In this document: positions 1 through 12,566 of the stretch, in pieces
Position numbering within the stretch: the first letter of the stretch is position 1
Layout: every line of letters begins with the position of its first letter
Source of the DNA: Lama glama
Lineage: Eukaryota
Assembly: GCA_028534125.1 (NCBI GenBank)
Contig: CM052817.1
Span: 3,102,001-3,166,000, forward strand
Length of the DNA: 64,000 nucleotides
Direction: 5' to 3'
The notes under the pieces: generated by a model
What the model saw: only the letters and a program-made list of their open reading frames with translations
Told to the model about the DNA's origin: nothing
Databases searched by the model: none
Translations under genes and position numbers: made by a program

Positions 1-533
1 TGTGTGAGGTGGGCGTGGTCTCAGGAAGGAGACGTGGGGGAGGTAGGCGATGATGCTGTTTATTTGGGGGGGATCAGGAAGGGCTCCTCAAACTCCCTTG
101 GAGACAGGAAGAAGGAGGGGTCTGTGGAAGAAGAGCTGCGGGGGGGCCGGGGCGGGAGTCAGGCCACGCAGCACTCGGGTTACTCTTGGACGCACTCCAG
201 AAGCCCCCGAGGCTTTGAGCTGGGCAGCGTCGTGGGGTGAAGGTAGCCTCTGTGAGTGGCCCCCAGACGTTCAGGGCAGGGGGGGCAGCGGGGGAGACAG
301 CTGTGCCAAGGGGGCAGGGTGCTGAGCGGACATGGAAGATTCTAGATGCTGTTCTGAAGAGCTTGTAGAAGGGGGTCCGTGAACTTGTCCCGAAAAAGGC
401 CAGATGGTAACTGTTTTGGTTCTGCAGGCCATGTGGTCTCTGCCTTCAAGGATTACCAGGCTCTTGAAAGAGGCATGTAAAAAAGAAGAGAAAAGAAAAA
501 GCCACATACAGTTTTTAAACCAAGAATCAAGGT

Positions 534-730
534 GGGGGGAGGGTACAGCTCAAGGAGCGGGGCGTGTTCTGAGCCTGCACGAGGCCCTGAGTTCAATGCC
601 CAGTACTCCCTCCAGAAATAAATCTAATTACCTCTCCCCACAAAGTAAAATAATTATATAATACAATAATAAGCAAATAAAAGATCGATAAAAGTGTAAA
701 CACAACGTAGTCCTTTCTTCTTAAAAAAAA
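534..730 (+). mobile_element. tRNA-derived SINE, camelid Vic-1-like, with 12-bp target-site duplication
   Basis: ggggagggtacagctcaa (A box) ... gagttcaatgcccagtac (B box) ... ctaattacctc, A-rich tail; aagaatcaaggt repeated at 522-533 and 731-742. Confidence 0.85.
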
Positions 731-1055
731 AAGAATCAAGGTAAAGAAAGATGCCCCAGAAAAGCTTTACTGACGGAAGCAGGCAGTGGTCTGGAAGGCC
801 TGCCTGTATGGGCTGCTGCTGATGAAAGTGGTTATTTGCTGGACACCAGGTATGTGCAGGCTCGTTCTGTGGCCCCAGCAGGGCTGTCACCCGTCTTTCC
901 CCGGTCCCGCGGGCAGGTGTCACTGGTGCGCAGGCTCGGAGCGTGCCCGGCGGCTGTAACTGTAACTGTAACCCCGGGCGCAGCTGAGCGTCTACCAGCG
1001 CTCCTGAGACTTGTTGCCCCATCAGAGGACTGTGACTCATTTCCTTTTCTTTCAG

Positions 1056-1173
1056 TTTCATGAACAGGCGCGTCCTGTCTGCTAACCCGTACCTCGGGAG
1101 CACCTCCAACGGCTACGCGCACCCGAGCGGCCCGGCGCTGCACTACCACGACGTCCCCTGCATCAACGGCCCG
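1056..1173 (+). CDS. AFAP1: AFAP1 internal coding exon (approx. human exon 12), (S)[39 protein letters not shown]
   Basis: ttcag acceptor after a pyrimidine tract, gtgagt donor at 1174; peptide matches the recalled AFAP1 region after PH2; ends in phase 0, compatible with both downstream exons. Confidence 0.95.
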
Positions 1174-2959
1174 GTGAGTGCCCCGCGGCCGCGCAGCCGC
1201 CCGGGAGCGTCCGAGGCTGCCACACCTCCTCTCAGCCCGAGTGAGGGAAGGCTTTAAGATGAAACCTCCGTCCCTCGTCTCCCCCCCTCGATTCTGACAC
1301 GCTGTTCGTCTCTATCTGTGTTTGAACAAGCAGGTAGACGGTTTGTCATTCATGTCGGTCCGTTAATTCAACACCGTCAGAAAGGAAACAGTGACAGGGG
1401 TGACAACCCTACTGCCACCTCCAGACACCCTCCCTCCTCCGCATGGTGGACTTAGGGTAGCTGGGACATGGCGCCCCCACCCCATCTGGGGCAGTGCATA
1501 TATCATATGTGAATACTGGAGATGGTTAGCGACGGCTTTGGAATTAGACTAGCCTCCTGGGCCTGTTTGGCCTCAGGAGTTTGGGGATCTGTCTCAGGAT
1601 TTTGTGTCCGATGTGGGATTCGGTGAACATTTGTTTCGCTGTGTCTCCATCACATTCATCTCGCACCCGTTGACTGAGCACCCTCTCCTGCGGGCCGAAC
1701 TCCACACCCTGCTCTGGGCGAAGACGAGGCCTTCGGAGGCAGCAGGCTCGTGAAGGGGCGCACGAGAAGCCATTCTGCCAGTTTGTCTCCCAGTATCGGG
1801 TGGATTTTAAATTGGCCTCTGTGTTTGTTTGCAAGGTAGGCACGGAGCTTGTCCACGGTGATTTTTTCAAACTTGGGAGATAGAGTATTTCCTTACTGTC
1901 TGGCTTTTTACTCTTTTGTCCATTATTTCAATACAGTATCAGTCCGCTCCCCGTTACCATCATAACAAGGCCACACCTGCCCAGAGCAGGACCCAGCAGA
2001 CCACTGCCTTCTCAAGTCGGGTGAGAGGGGGTCAGGACCCTGGAGCTCAGGGACAGAAGCAAACTGATAATCAGGTTGTGGTGGTCTGGGTCAGAAACAG
2101 CAGCCAGGTAACAGCGAACGATGATGGCACATAGTCCGGGCCCGGGACGTCCAGCCCTGGGCCCTCCTCTGGTCACTCACCTCCTGCAGTCTTGACAAGA
2201 CCACCTTGCAGGTCCTGCCAGGGGAGCAGTCTGTCCATCGGCTGCTTGATTTGAAAAGAACTTCCCCTCAGCACATAGTCCACCCCTTTCCCTCCTCACC
2301 TTCCTCCCGCCCTCCCTTCTCCCCCCCATTTCCTTCCTTATTTTCTAGGTGTCTCCTGGGGTCCAGGCACTGTGCTAGGGATTGAGAACAGAATGGATAA
2401 GATGGTGCCTGTGTCCTCAGAGGGCCTCCCCATCTAGTGGGAGGAGAAATGGGAGGGGGAGGAAGGGCCGACCGGCCAGGCAGGGATGTGGTCAAGGGCA
2501 GATTGAGATGAACTGGGGCCCCATGGGAGGTCTGGGTATGGGGGAGCAGGCAGGCTTTGAAATCCCATCCGAGCAGCAAGTCCGTCAGGTGGGGTCCTTT
2601 CTGGGTCTGGAGTGGGTGGGAGACGAATCCCCTCCCACAAGAAGATTCACATGAGGCCCAGTTGGACCTTCTTGTCCCCCAGTCCCCCCACCACCTTTGC
2701 CATGGGGTCTCCAGTGCTGGGGGCTCCGGCACCCCTCCAGCCACAGCGGAGAGGCTCACGGGAGCCACGCCCCCGGGGAGGGCCCGCGGTGGCCCTTACA
2801 GGAGCAGGTGCCAGCCCGTCCCCCAGCCTCTTCCTGGCCACTGTGCACCTGGGTGGCCCCAGCCTTGCCCTCCGCTCACTTTGAGCAGCACCAGTGAGTC
2901 TTGGCAGAGCCCACCCCTCATCGTGGACCCAGCTGCCGAGCTCACCCTCCTGGGACCGG

Positions 2960-3023
2960 CTGCTCCTCTGGGCCTTCGGTCTCGGCTCCACCTGCTCCTC
3001 TGGGCCTTCGGTCTCGGCTCCAC
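2960..3023. repeat. perfect 32-bp tandem duplication
   Basis: ctgctcctctgggccttcggtctcggctccac x2. Confidence 0.95.
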
Positions 3024-4898
3024 CTGTTTGGGAAAGACACCACGCACTCCTGTCTCTCCATCTCCCTGCCCGAAGGCCCGCTCGTGTGCCTCCCCACCTA
3101 GGGTTTCTCCCCTACCTAGGTGGGCCGAGCAGTTTAGAGAAAGCACGGACCTGCACAGACACTGGTCTGGTTCCACCATCCGCTTGTTCCCGTTTATATT
3201 ATGCGGGTTCAGGCACCCACAGGAAAGAGCTTCCTTTAGGTTGTGTTCAGCTTAAACAGCTTAGAAATAAAAAGCTGCCGTTTTCGAAGGCTCTGCGTCT
3301 GGGAGTCGTGTCTGCACGTGCATCACCGGGCGTGCAAGAGAGGCGGTGAAGATGCGGCTTCCTGTGCACAGCAGTGCGGCTCCCCTGCAAGTTCAGGCCT
3401 CTCTTCAAACTGCCGTTCTCCCTGCTGGGCTCCTTTCCCGGGCCCTGTCTCCTGGGGGAGCCTTCAGTTCTCGGTTTTATAAATCTCATACTTCTGACCC
3501 AGTACCTGACGTTTTAGCAGTGTTTCAGCTCCAGGAACTCTCACCCACTCAGCATTCCCCTGGCGCCTGAAGCAGGGTAAGAGGGAATCTCCAAAGCCAC
3601 CTCCGACAGGCACACACCTGCTTCTTCCTGTTTTCTTCCAAGGGACTTAATCCTTTGGTATTTTAGGAAAATGACTCTTTAGTTGGACTGACCACCTTAA
3701 TAACCCTGGGCAAACAGATAATGCTGGGTTGCCATTATGAAACGCTCACACCCAGGTTTCTCTGCCTCCATATGCCATTATTTTTAGGTTGTAGACGGGT
3801 CCCCGGCATCACAAAAATAGACACACTGAAGCGATGGCGAAGGAATAAACACATGCCTGCTGTGAAAGTTTAAACTTTTTCTATTTTTATAACAAAAGGC
3901 TGCAATTACATTCTGGCAGAAAGGAACCTGTCAAGAAGGGTATAAAAATAGAGTAAAATAAGTGTAGTCTATGAATTAATATTTTCTCTCTTTTTTAAAA
4001 TGCAAAGCAATTTATAAAGACCTTTAAAACTTAAAAGAATCTGGTGGTGGTTGTTAGCTTGGGTTTTAGTTTATGCTTTAATGTCTATGTTCTAAAGTGG
4101 CTTGTAGCTATCTTAATCCTTCATAAAAAGGCTTTCCACTCACGCAGTGCCATTATAGCCACTATATTTTGAAACATCCTGTTTTCTAGGATGGTTTGAT
4201 TTCTTTCTTTTCACAGACTGTTTTTGGTTACTGCACTTTCTTCCGGCCTCACCGAGTGTGGCACACGAGGGCAGTCAGAGAGCCACCCACAGACCTCAGG
4301 CCCCGATGTGTGCATGGTAGGCCCAGGTGGTCTGACCCGAGCCCTCATCCTCCTGGCGGCCCAGAGGCAGCCTGAGCTTGGGGGCCTCTTGCTTCGGCTC
4401 CCCCAGCTTAATAAGATTCCTGTGAGAAAAAATTATATGAGTCAGTATTACTGTGAAATAAAATAAAGCGCTTTGCTGGGATCTCAGCGCGTCTTCTTGG
4501 TGGAGCCAGAGCTCCGGATCTCCGGGGCCCCCAGCCAGCCTTCCTTTCCCGATACCACACTGCTTCTGCCTCTGGATTAGGAGGACTTCTGAAATCCGGT
4601 TCTTTGGAAAAAGAAATGTCCAATCTTTCTTTCTGTTTTTTTGGGTACTTAAAAAGAAAAAACAGAACAAAGCAAAAATATCATAAGCTGATGACTCTGG
4701 GAACGGAAAAAGAACCCTTTCCTTAAGCCCCGCAGGGAGAGCCTTCTTCTGAATCAGCCCACCTGCTCGTGTGTGTGTTTCATTGGTAACGGCTGGGGGG
4801 GGAGCGTGGACGTGCTTTCGGGGTGCTTGCTAACAACATCTCGGCCCGCTTTGCGCTCTGCGGCCGCGGCACTAACGGCGAGGCTGTGTGTGTTGCAG

Positions 4899-5165
4899 TG
4901 GGAACCCGACGGCGGCTTTCCTGCGCCCGGTGGCGGAGGCCCGGGAGAAGAGGCGCCCTGCGATCCCGCGGTCCTGTACGATAACTTGCCGTCCCCGAAA
5001 ATCTTTGCGCGCTGCCCGCCTGCTGCCAGGAGGGCTTCTAGGCCGCCTGCTGACGGCCTGTCTCGTAACCATTACAGACACCCTGCCTCCTGCAGCCTGC
5101 CCTCCTCCCCGTCTGTCACTAACACCTCTTCTCTGGGGAGGGCGTCTCTCGGGCTCAGCTCCCAG
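4899..5165 (+). CDS. AFAP1: AFAP1 alternative neural-insert (NINS, AFAP120 isoform) cassette exon, 89 aa WEPDGGFP...LYDNLPSPKIFAR...SVTNTSSLGRASLGLSSQ
   Basis: actaac branch point at 4871, tgttgcag acceptor, cag|gtacgg donor; 267 bp, phase 0-0, open frame; resembles the recalled AFAP120 insert. Confidence 0.9.
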
Positions 5166-6591
5166 GTACGGCACCCCGGTCTGTCTTCTTCTAGAACCCC
5201 CTTAAGCCATGATCCTCCGGCAGGGTTTTGCAAGGACAGTGTATTCACCAGTTTGTGGTCAGTGAGGCTTCTCAAGGATGGGTGTGATTTCCTCTTTGAC
5301 TAGAATAGAATTTCAAATGCAATCAACGTTTGACCACCCAGGAACGGATTAAATATGCCTAGCTAGTTCCCAGTTTGCGTGCTGTATTTCTTTGCCCGGC
5401 CCTCTTTCCATTCCTGGAAAATTCCCCAGTGGATTTCATGAATTATGCCAATTAAAGGCAAAGATTTGAAAGAGGATAGGGACAGGACAAGTTTTCAGAA
5501 GATTTCTGAGCTGCAAGTTCCTTCCTGTGTTTCTGTTTCATGTAAATGAGGAGTGGTGGACTCCATGTGGTAACTGCTTTTCAATCTTTACACCTTAAAT
5601 AGGGTTATTCAGAGAACCATGATGTTTTTTCATAATGAGTAAGTACTCAAGTGTACTCCCTAAAGCCAGTCAGACAGTAAGGATTTGTTGAACGGTAAAT
5701 AACCTTGATATTGAACTACTGTCCATCCCACGCCTCCTGCCTGTGGCAACATCTCAGTATAAATGTTAATTCTGTGTTTTCATGCATTTCAACCTAGGAA
5801 TTTTTTTGTGCTTTGCACAAAGATCTAAGCACCATGTGGAAGAGTGCTCTACCAACATAAAGCAGATGGTCACGTTTTAAATTACTTTCTTTTCCCTCCA
5901 TTTTTTGGGGGGGAGGGGTGGGTAATCTTAAGAAAATACTGAATGCCAAGTAAGATCCTAGAATCTCAGAGTGTGATGGCTTATAGCGGCTCTTCCAAAT
6001 GAAGTTTTCTTCACGATCACATGGGAAGATTTTTGTTTTTCGTTTTTAACAACAGTTGGAGACTGTGATTCAGTGAGTCTGAGGGGCCCGGGCGGCTGTG
6101 TCGTCAGACGTGGGGGCCACGGGCTTCTGGCTTTTTTATGAGTCCTTCTGTAAAAGGTTTGGCAGGTCACATGTTTCACCTACTAAGTGAATGCGTATCT
6201 GGTGGTGTATTTTTGACTTTTTATTCGTATTAGAGTTCCCTTCAGTAAAAATTATGGGGCGAAATATGCTATCTTGTACGTTTGGATTGTCCCCAGATTA
6301 GTTCAGAATCATTTGATACAAGGCTTATGTGTGTTTGCTTTTCATTCATTTTTGTTTTGCTTTAAGTAGGACACACATTTGCAAGTTGAATTATAGCACC
6401 TTTAGTTTTCCTGTCCTCATTTGGCCATTTAAATCGGGGACCTGCTATTTAATGGAGAGAGCTCACGTCCTGCACACCCACAGTACATGTGCTCTAGGTC
6501 TGTGGTGTGTCATTTAACCTGTTTAGGAAGCCTGTGGGAGGCATCAGTATCTTTGTGCTTTTACATTGATTCATTCATTTAATGACAGTTT

Positions 6592-6724
6592 CTTTTATTT
6601 TATTGGAGTTTTTTGGGGAGGGTAATGAGGTGTGTTTATGTATGTCATGGAGGTACTGGGAATTGAACCCAGGACCTCGTGCATGCTAAGCACGTGCTCG
6701 ACCACTGAGCTCTACCCTTCCCCC
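6592..6724 (-). mobile_element. tRNA-derived SINE, camelid Vic-1-like
   Basis: reverse complement reads ggggaagggtagagctcagtggtcgagcacgtgcttagcatgcacgaggtcctgggttcaattcccagtacctcc. Confidence 0.85.
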
Positions 6725-7544
6725 ATTATCCTTAGATTTTTAAACGAGCCCACAAAGGCTCAGGAAGTTTTAGTGATTTGCTCAGCGTCTCCCAAGTGAT
6801 GGAGCCAGAATTTGAAGCTCCGCAAGCCCAGGTCCACGGCAGGAAGCAGCGGGGACAGCGGGGTGGCCCGGCTGGGATGTCCACAGGCAGCTCCCGCCAT
6901 CCAGCTGAGGCGCACACACACTTACGCAAAATGCAGCATCCATTGGCTTGCAGCAAAGAAGCGGGGGCCTTGCTGAATCTTCTAACCAGCAGTTCGTTAA
7001 CACCTGGGCCACGCTGCCGCTGTGTTTTGCTGCCTGTGCATCCTCCCTCAGCCCCCGTCAGTGACTCGGAAGGCAGCTATTTACCCAGTTAGGATGCACC
7101 ATAAGCCCTGGCAGTTGGACTCCTAAGTGCTCAGTCCTGCTGCTCCGCTAAAGAGCACTCCACCAAAATAAAAGCTGTGTGTCTCTGGAAACAGACTTTC
7201 AGTCATCTCAGCCGAATGCCCTCAGCTGCCCGCTGCCCCGGCCGGTTTCTTGATCGGCATAATTGACCTCCCGGTAGGAAAAGGTAACTTTTGGTGCGTC
7301 CCAACTGAAGACATCCTGGTGTCCTGCGCTCGCTCTGAGCCTCGGTGCTAGAACTTCTACTCCTTAGCTGCTCTGGGAAGGTGTCAGCAGTCCAGTGCTG
7401 GGAAGCCACACTGGTTTTCTGCTGTCCACATTTTTTTCTGTCTGTGATAGTTTCTACTTCAAGAGTCAGAGACTGAAACCATTTACTACAAAAAACCCCA
7501 AGGTTTTGTCTGTTTTTAATTTTCGCGTATGTTTATTTCGACAG

Positions 7545-7659
7545 CTGAAGGGTAAAAAGCCTCCCGTGGCATCCAACGGGGTTCCCGGAAAAGGCAAGAC
7601 ACTGAGCAGTCAGCAGAAAAAAGCCGATTCGGCCTCTGGCGTGAAGCGGACACCTTCAA
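7545..7659 (+). CDS. AFAP1: AFAP1 coding exon LKGKKPPVASNGVPGKGKTLSSQQKKADSASGVKRTPS
   Basis: acag acceptor, gtaagt donor, 115 bp, phase 0-1; matches AFAP1. Confidence 0.95.
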
Positions 7660-8244
7660 GTAAGTGTGTCTCTCGGTGCGCTGCGTTCTCGCTTGAGGTG
7701 CCGTTTGCAGAGCTGGGGCTGGGGCCATCCCCTCCACTGCTCAGGCGGAGATGCCCGGGTTGGGGCCCACTGGAGAGACGGAGCCACCTGCAGCCTCACC
7801 CGTCCTGGTTTGCTGCATTAAGAAGGGCCAGGATTTTTAACCCAGCTTTTAGGATGGTTGTACATAAAAAGATCAGCAGAGCTGGGCTGTTAACTGCAGG
7901 CGTGGTTAAGCACATTCAAGTATGAGGCCGTCGTGGGTGCAGGTGGCAGGGCTGCTCACAGCTTTGGGTCAGGACACCTCGGTTTGTGTACCTGATCTGC
8001 TGCTGGCAGTGACTTGGGTTGAGTCATGTAAACTCTCTGAACTCAGCTTCCACTCGTTAGAGACGTAGACAAGTGTCTGCTGTGGTTCCTGTGATCAAAA
8101 TAATTGGGGTAATGCACGCACCTCAGAGCAAGAGAAAATACACAGGTTTATGAGGAGATCTTGCCCCTGCAGTGCCTTCTAGTCTTCGGCCAGCTCAGCC
8201 ACAGTTTATACCCTCCTTTGCAGTTCCCACGGCCACCTGACCAG

Positions 8245-8365
8245 GCTAGTTATCATCCACCCCATCTGCAAATATAGACATAATCTCAGAGAGGTGACAT
8301 GGCTTCTCTGAGGTCTCACAGCCGGCAGGTAGCAGAACCAGAGTGAGGACCAGGTTTTCAGACTC
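8245..8365 (-). mobile_element. MIR fragment
   Basis: degenerate MIR core (cccatctgcaaat...ctcagagaggtgacatggctt...aggtctcacagc). Confidence 0.55.
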
Positions 8366-10593
8366 CAGATCTGGCAGGAGCTGGACTGAGCGGAGAGAAG
8401 CAGCAAGACTCGAGTGCAAGGCAGCCCGTCAGAGCATCCCTCCTGATCTGCAGCTACAGGAAGCCAGGGTGATATTGCAATCCGTGTGCAGTTGTGTTTG
8501 CTCGTGTTGGATAGATGCGCCTTTGTTCAGCACCACCCGGCGGGGCCTGTTCATCCCTGGCTCCCTGCTCCTCGCTGGCTGCAAGGATGGGAGAGCGGTC
8601 GAATCGAGGAGGCTCCATCTCACCAAGGCGCACACACGCAGACAGGCTGGACGGGCCATGGCACAGGTTTCCCCCCCACCCCCAGTTCAGGGGGTCTTGG
8701 AGTGGGAGATAGGAGGTAGATGGGAATGTGAGTTTGACGTGACCACTGGGGAAGCCGTATCCACACCTTATGAGCCCGGCTCCATGCAGCTGGTAGAGCC
8801 AGCCCCTTGCCTATGAAGACTAGGCTGGCGGCTCCAGGCAGCAGCCTGCACACCAGGCGGCACCGTGCCCAGTGTGCCAGCCTCCTGTCTGCACGGTGAT
8901 TGGATTTCAGAGTCGGAGAGCACACGAGGTGGATGGAGAGGGCTTCATCCTCAGCCTCTCCCGTGGATGGGTCCCAGTCTTGTTGGACGGTGCTCCCTGC
9001 TTCTGCCCCAGGGAAGTGTGTGCCTTCTTCACAGAAGCTCACCTGCTCTCCCTCCTCCCCAAACACACCTCCCAGCAGCCAGCGGTGCCAAACCCTCATC
9101 ACCGATTTGTGCTGCGTGCAGCTTATTTTGACCTTACTTTTCTGGCAAATCTCATCTCCCTCATGCAGTCAGGTGCACTTACATTCACTTAGAATTTTAG
9201 TGTTGTCCATTTGGAAAGGGGCAGGTAGGGGAGGGAGTAACGGGCCTGCAGAGCTTTGTTGTGTGGGGCCTGACTCAACAGGAAGCTCGGGCTCCGTGTA
9301 GCGCCCCTCTCGGCACCTGGGCTGATTTTATTCCCTAGATGATTCATTCGTTTATTTTATAAGTCCTTCTGTAGGAATATTTATTAACTTTGGTGACATC
9401 TAATGATGAAAAAAGAGAAAAGTAATTGCATTCTTTGTTTTTGCTGAGTTGAGCCAGTTGCTTTATAGACTGGATGGGGCTTACTGCACGCGGACCAGAA
9501 GGTGCGGACGGCTGTCGGTTACCACATGTAGGTTTGTCGGGAGCATCTCAGATGAGGAAAAGGGGGGTTTGGAGCTTGCTCTGTTTGTAAAACGTGTGGT
9601 TAGCCAAGCCACTAGGGCAGTGCCTTAGTCTCAGGTTGTTGGTTTGGTCAGCCTCACGCTGCGAGCCTTTTCATTTCACTGTGTGTGTGGGGTTGGTCGG
9701 TTTTTGGTGAGGCGGGAGGCTGAGTGGGGAGTGATGGCTGTGTGCCTGCCTTCATAAGTGAGGTTCTCATTGCAGTCACGACAGTTTGCCTGGCGAGAGT
9801 TGGTGAATTGGGCATTTAGGACAGACGCTAGGAATGGCTCACCATTGTCTGGGTGGACAGGGTTCTCGGGGCTCCGTTATCCCTGATAGATCTGAGCTTA
9901 TGCCTACCACGGCCCAGGCATCACACGGTCATGTTAGATGGGTTTTAGGGTCATGTATCAAGCTGGTTTCTTTGACGCCCACAGAGCAGACCTCACCTCT
10001 CCTGCTCCGTGGAGGGTGACGCTGGGGCTGCGGGAGATTCATTGTTCGCCCGGAATCCCTGTCTTGGGTCCATTGCCTGTCTTGCGAACTGTGACGCCGC
10101 CCTCCACGGCGTCACCCCAGAAGTGCTCCTAGTCTAGCAAGGGAGTCAGGCATGCGAATAAACAACTACGGGTGCTGCAGGTGTGAGCCCACAGAGGAGC
10201 GGGAGGTCCCCGAGGCCTTCAAGTCGTCATCGGGGTGAGCAGCTGATGGCCAGAAGCTGTGAACTTGTGAGCCTTGGTCAGTCTGGTTGGCACCTTCACT
10301 CTCCACCTTACTGAAGATTCTAAGGTGCGTGCCTCCAAGGGAGGCATTAAGGGAATTTCCTAAGATTTTGTTTTCATTTTTAAAATTTGTTTCAAAGAGT
10401 ATTGGGTAATCTGAACCAGTCACTTTGCTGCTCAGCTCGAGTCTGCCCTTTGCGCTTTCTGGTTGATCAGCATGACGGCCTGCTTCAGGCTTGTGTTACT
10501 CTGTCGGCTGATCAAACAGGCTCTATGAATTACCCTGCTGTCGCCTACTTGGTTAAACCTAATCTCCTATTGATGCTTTTTTTTTTGGGCAAG

Positions 10594-10758
10594 ATGCTGA
10601 CCAGTATAAATACGGCAAGAACCGGGTCGAAGCTGATGCCAAGCGGCTGCAGGCCAAGGAGGAGGAGCTGCTGAAGAGGAGGGAAGGCCTGCGGGACAGG
10701 CTGGCCCAGCTCCGGAAGGAGAGGAAGGGCCTGAGGGCGGCCATCGAAGTCAACACGG
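10594..10758 (+). CDS. AFAP1: AFAP1 coding exon (coiled coil/leucine zipper) (N)[54 protein letters not shown]
   Basis: poly-T tract plus aag acceptor, gtacgg donor, 165 bp, phase 1-1; contains the AFAP-family [15 protein letters not shown] motif. Confidence 0.96.
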
Positions 10759-12375
10759 GTACGGGGCAGGGCGGGGCCCGCACCAACTTGTGTTCGAGTC
10801 CAGGCAGGCTTCATCCTGCTCTGCCCACAGGGTCTGAGCCTCAGTAAGACTCGGTCAGTCCATGCCGCGCTTCTTGCACTGTGGAAGCATGGCTGGTCAG
10901 CCCGGGGCAGGTGCAACAACAGAATAGGCAGGAGGCCAGGGAGGCCCTCAACTGCGGGCTGAGGCGGGTCGGCCCCGGAGCTGTCCGGGGCTCGGGTGCT
11001 GACGGCAGAGATCGTCTGACGCAGGAGCCTTAGGGGTCAGGAGTTTCTGGTCACTGGACGATGGGGTTCTCAGCAGGAGGACAGGTAATACTCAGAAGTC
11101 CGGGTGGGAGGTCTCTGTATGGGCAGAAGGGGCCTTCGGTTCCCTGAGAAGGGACTGTGAGAGCGCGGTGGTGTCAGGTTTATGGGCGGAACCAGGGGAA
11201 GAGGCCAGGTTAGGGGACTGACAGTCCTCTGAGAGGAAAAGGGTAAAGACAGCCACTCAGTCAGGACCGGGGCCCTGTGTCTGGGTTGCTGGCGGGGGCT
11301 AGGGAGCTGCTTGACTAGACAAAGTTTCAGTGCAAGACTGAGTCTTATCCTGGGGCAAGACTGACTCCGTAGCTTTCAGTGTTTGGGGCCTTGGAGGGCA
11401 AGGAGGAGGGAGTACCAGTGCAGAGACGAGGATGGTCCCGAGAGGAAGCACCTGCTTCCCAGCGGTTCCCAGCTCCCTCCTGTGCGGTGAGGAGTCAGCA
11501 CACAGTCAGCAGTTCCAGCCTTTCCTGACTTGGTGCCCAGATGACTTTTAAGAAAGTGCTTTCAGAGTTTAAAGGATGGGAGGCTAGGTGTGGGCTGAGC
11601 TGGCCCGAGTCAAACTGCAGGAGGGGCAGGAGAGGCTGCCCGGGAGGGGGCAGACGCCGAGTCAGAGCGATGGGTAGGCACCTTCAGGGCAGCGAGGCGG
11701 AGTGGGGTTTCTTCTTTCCCTTGTTTCCAGTTTGCAGGATAGTGAAGATGCAGAAAGATCAGCCCAGCTTTTGGCCTCAGAAAAGAGACTCACATGCTTC
11801 CAGGCACCAGGCCAGGGCCCCATGCACACGTCGGTTACCCCAAGGAGTCAGTCGTCTCACCTGTCCAATGGGCGCACCGCTGCCTTCCCGTAACTCATTT
11901 CAGACAAAATAAGTAAAGAGCGCGTGCCCCGTTCTGGGGAGGTGCAGGTTGTACTTTGACCCTGGGGGCGAGTAAGACCACCCGAGAGTGACTAGCAGGA
12001 GAGTGAGGGCTCAGAAACACTCAGCCTTGTCAAGTCCGCGGCCCCTTTGGAAGCTGTCTAGTTCAAGTTCCTCGTTTTAAGATGAGGCCATGGAGGCCCA
12101 GACACCGAACTCCTAGAATCCATGAGAACCCACGCCCTGTGCTTCCTGGTCCATACTCTTCCAGCTGAGCTGCAGCAAAGGAGAGCGCTTAGGAAAGGAC
12201 CCTGCCCTTTCAGGCACAGCTGGGTTTGAGTTTTGTAGAAAGGACCCTTGTCAGGGGCGCTCAATCCCCCCACCAAGCTATACCGAGCTCCTTTTAGGGG
12301 CACCAGGTGTCCGTCCTCGGTTATCCTGGGGCCGTGGCCCTCGGGTGCAGCAGCAGCGTTTCTCTGGGATTTCAG

Positions 12376-12566
12376 GCAGGAAGACACAGGTGATCCTGGA
12401 GGACAAGTTGAAGAAGCTGGAGGAAGAGTGTAAGCAGAAGGAGACGGAGCGCGTCAACCTGGAGCTGGAGCTGACCGAGGTCAAGGAGAGCCTGAAGAAG
12501 GCCCTGGCCGGCGGGATCACCCTGGGGCTGGCCATCGAGCCCAAGTCAGGGACGTCCAGTCCGCAG
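12376..12566 (+). CDS. AFAP1: AFAP1 coding exon (coiled coil/actin-binding region) (G)[63 protein letters not shown]
   Basis: ttcag acceptor, gtgggt donor, 191 bp, phase 1-0. Confidence 0.96.

Noticed and set aside
6645..6724. tRNA-like sequence with A and B boxes
   Set aside because: It is the head of a tRNA-derived SINE with SINE body and tail, not a tRNA gene; the same applies to 534-606
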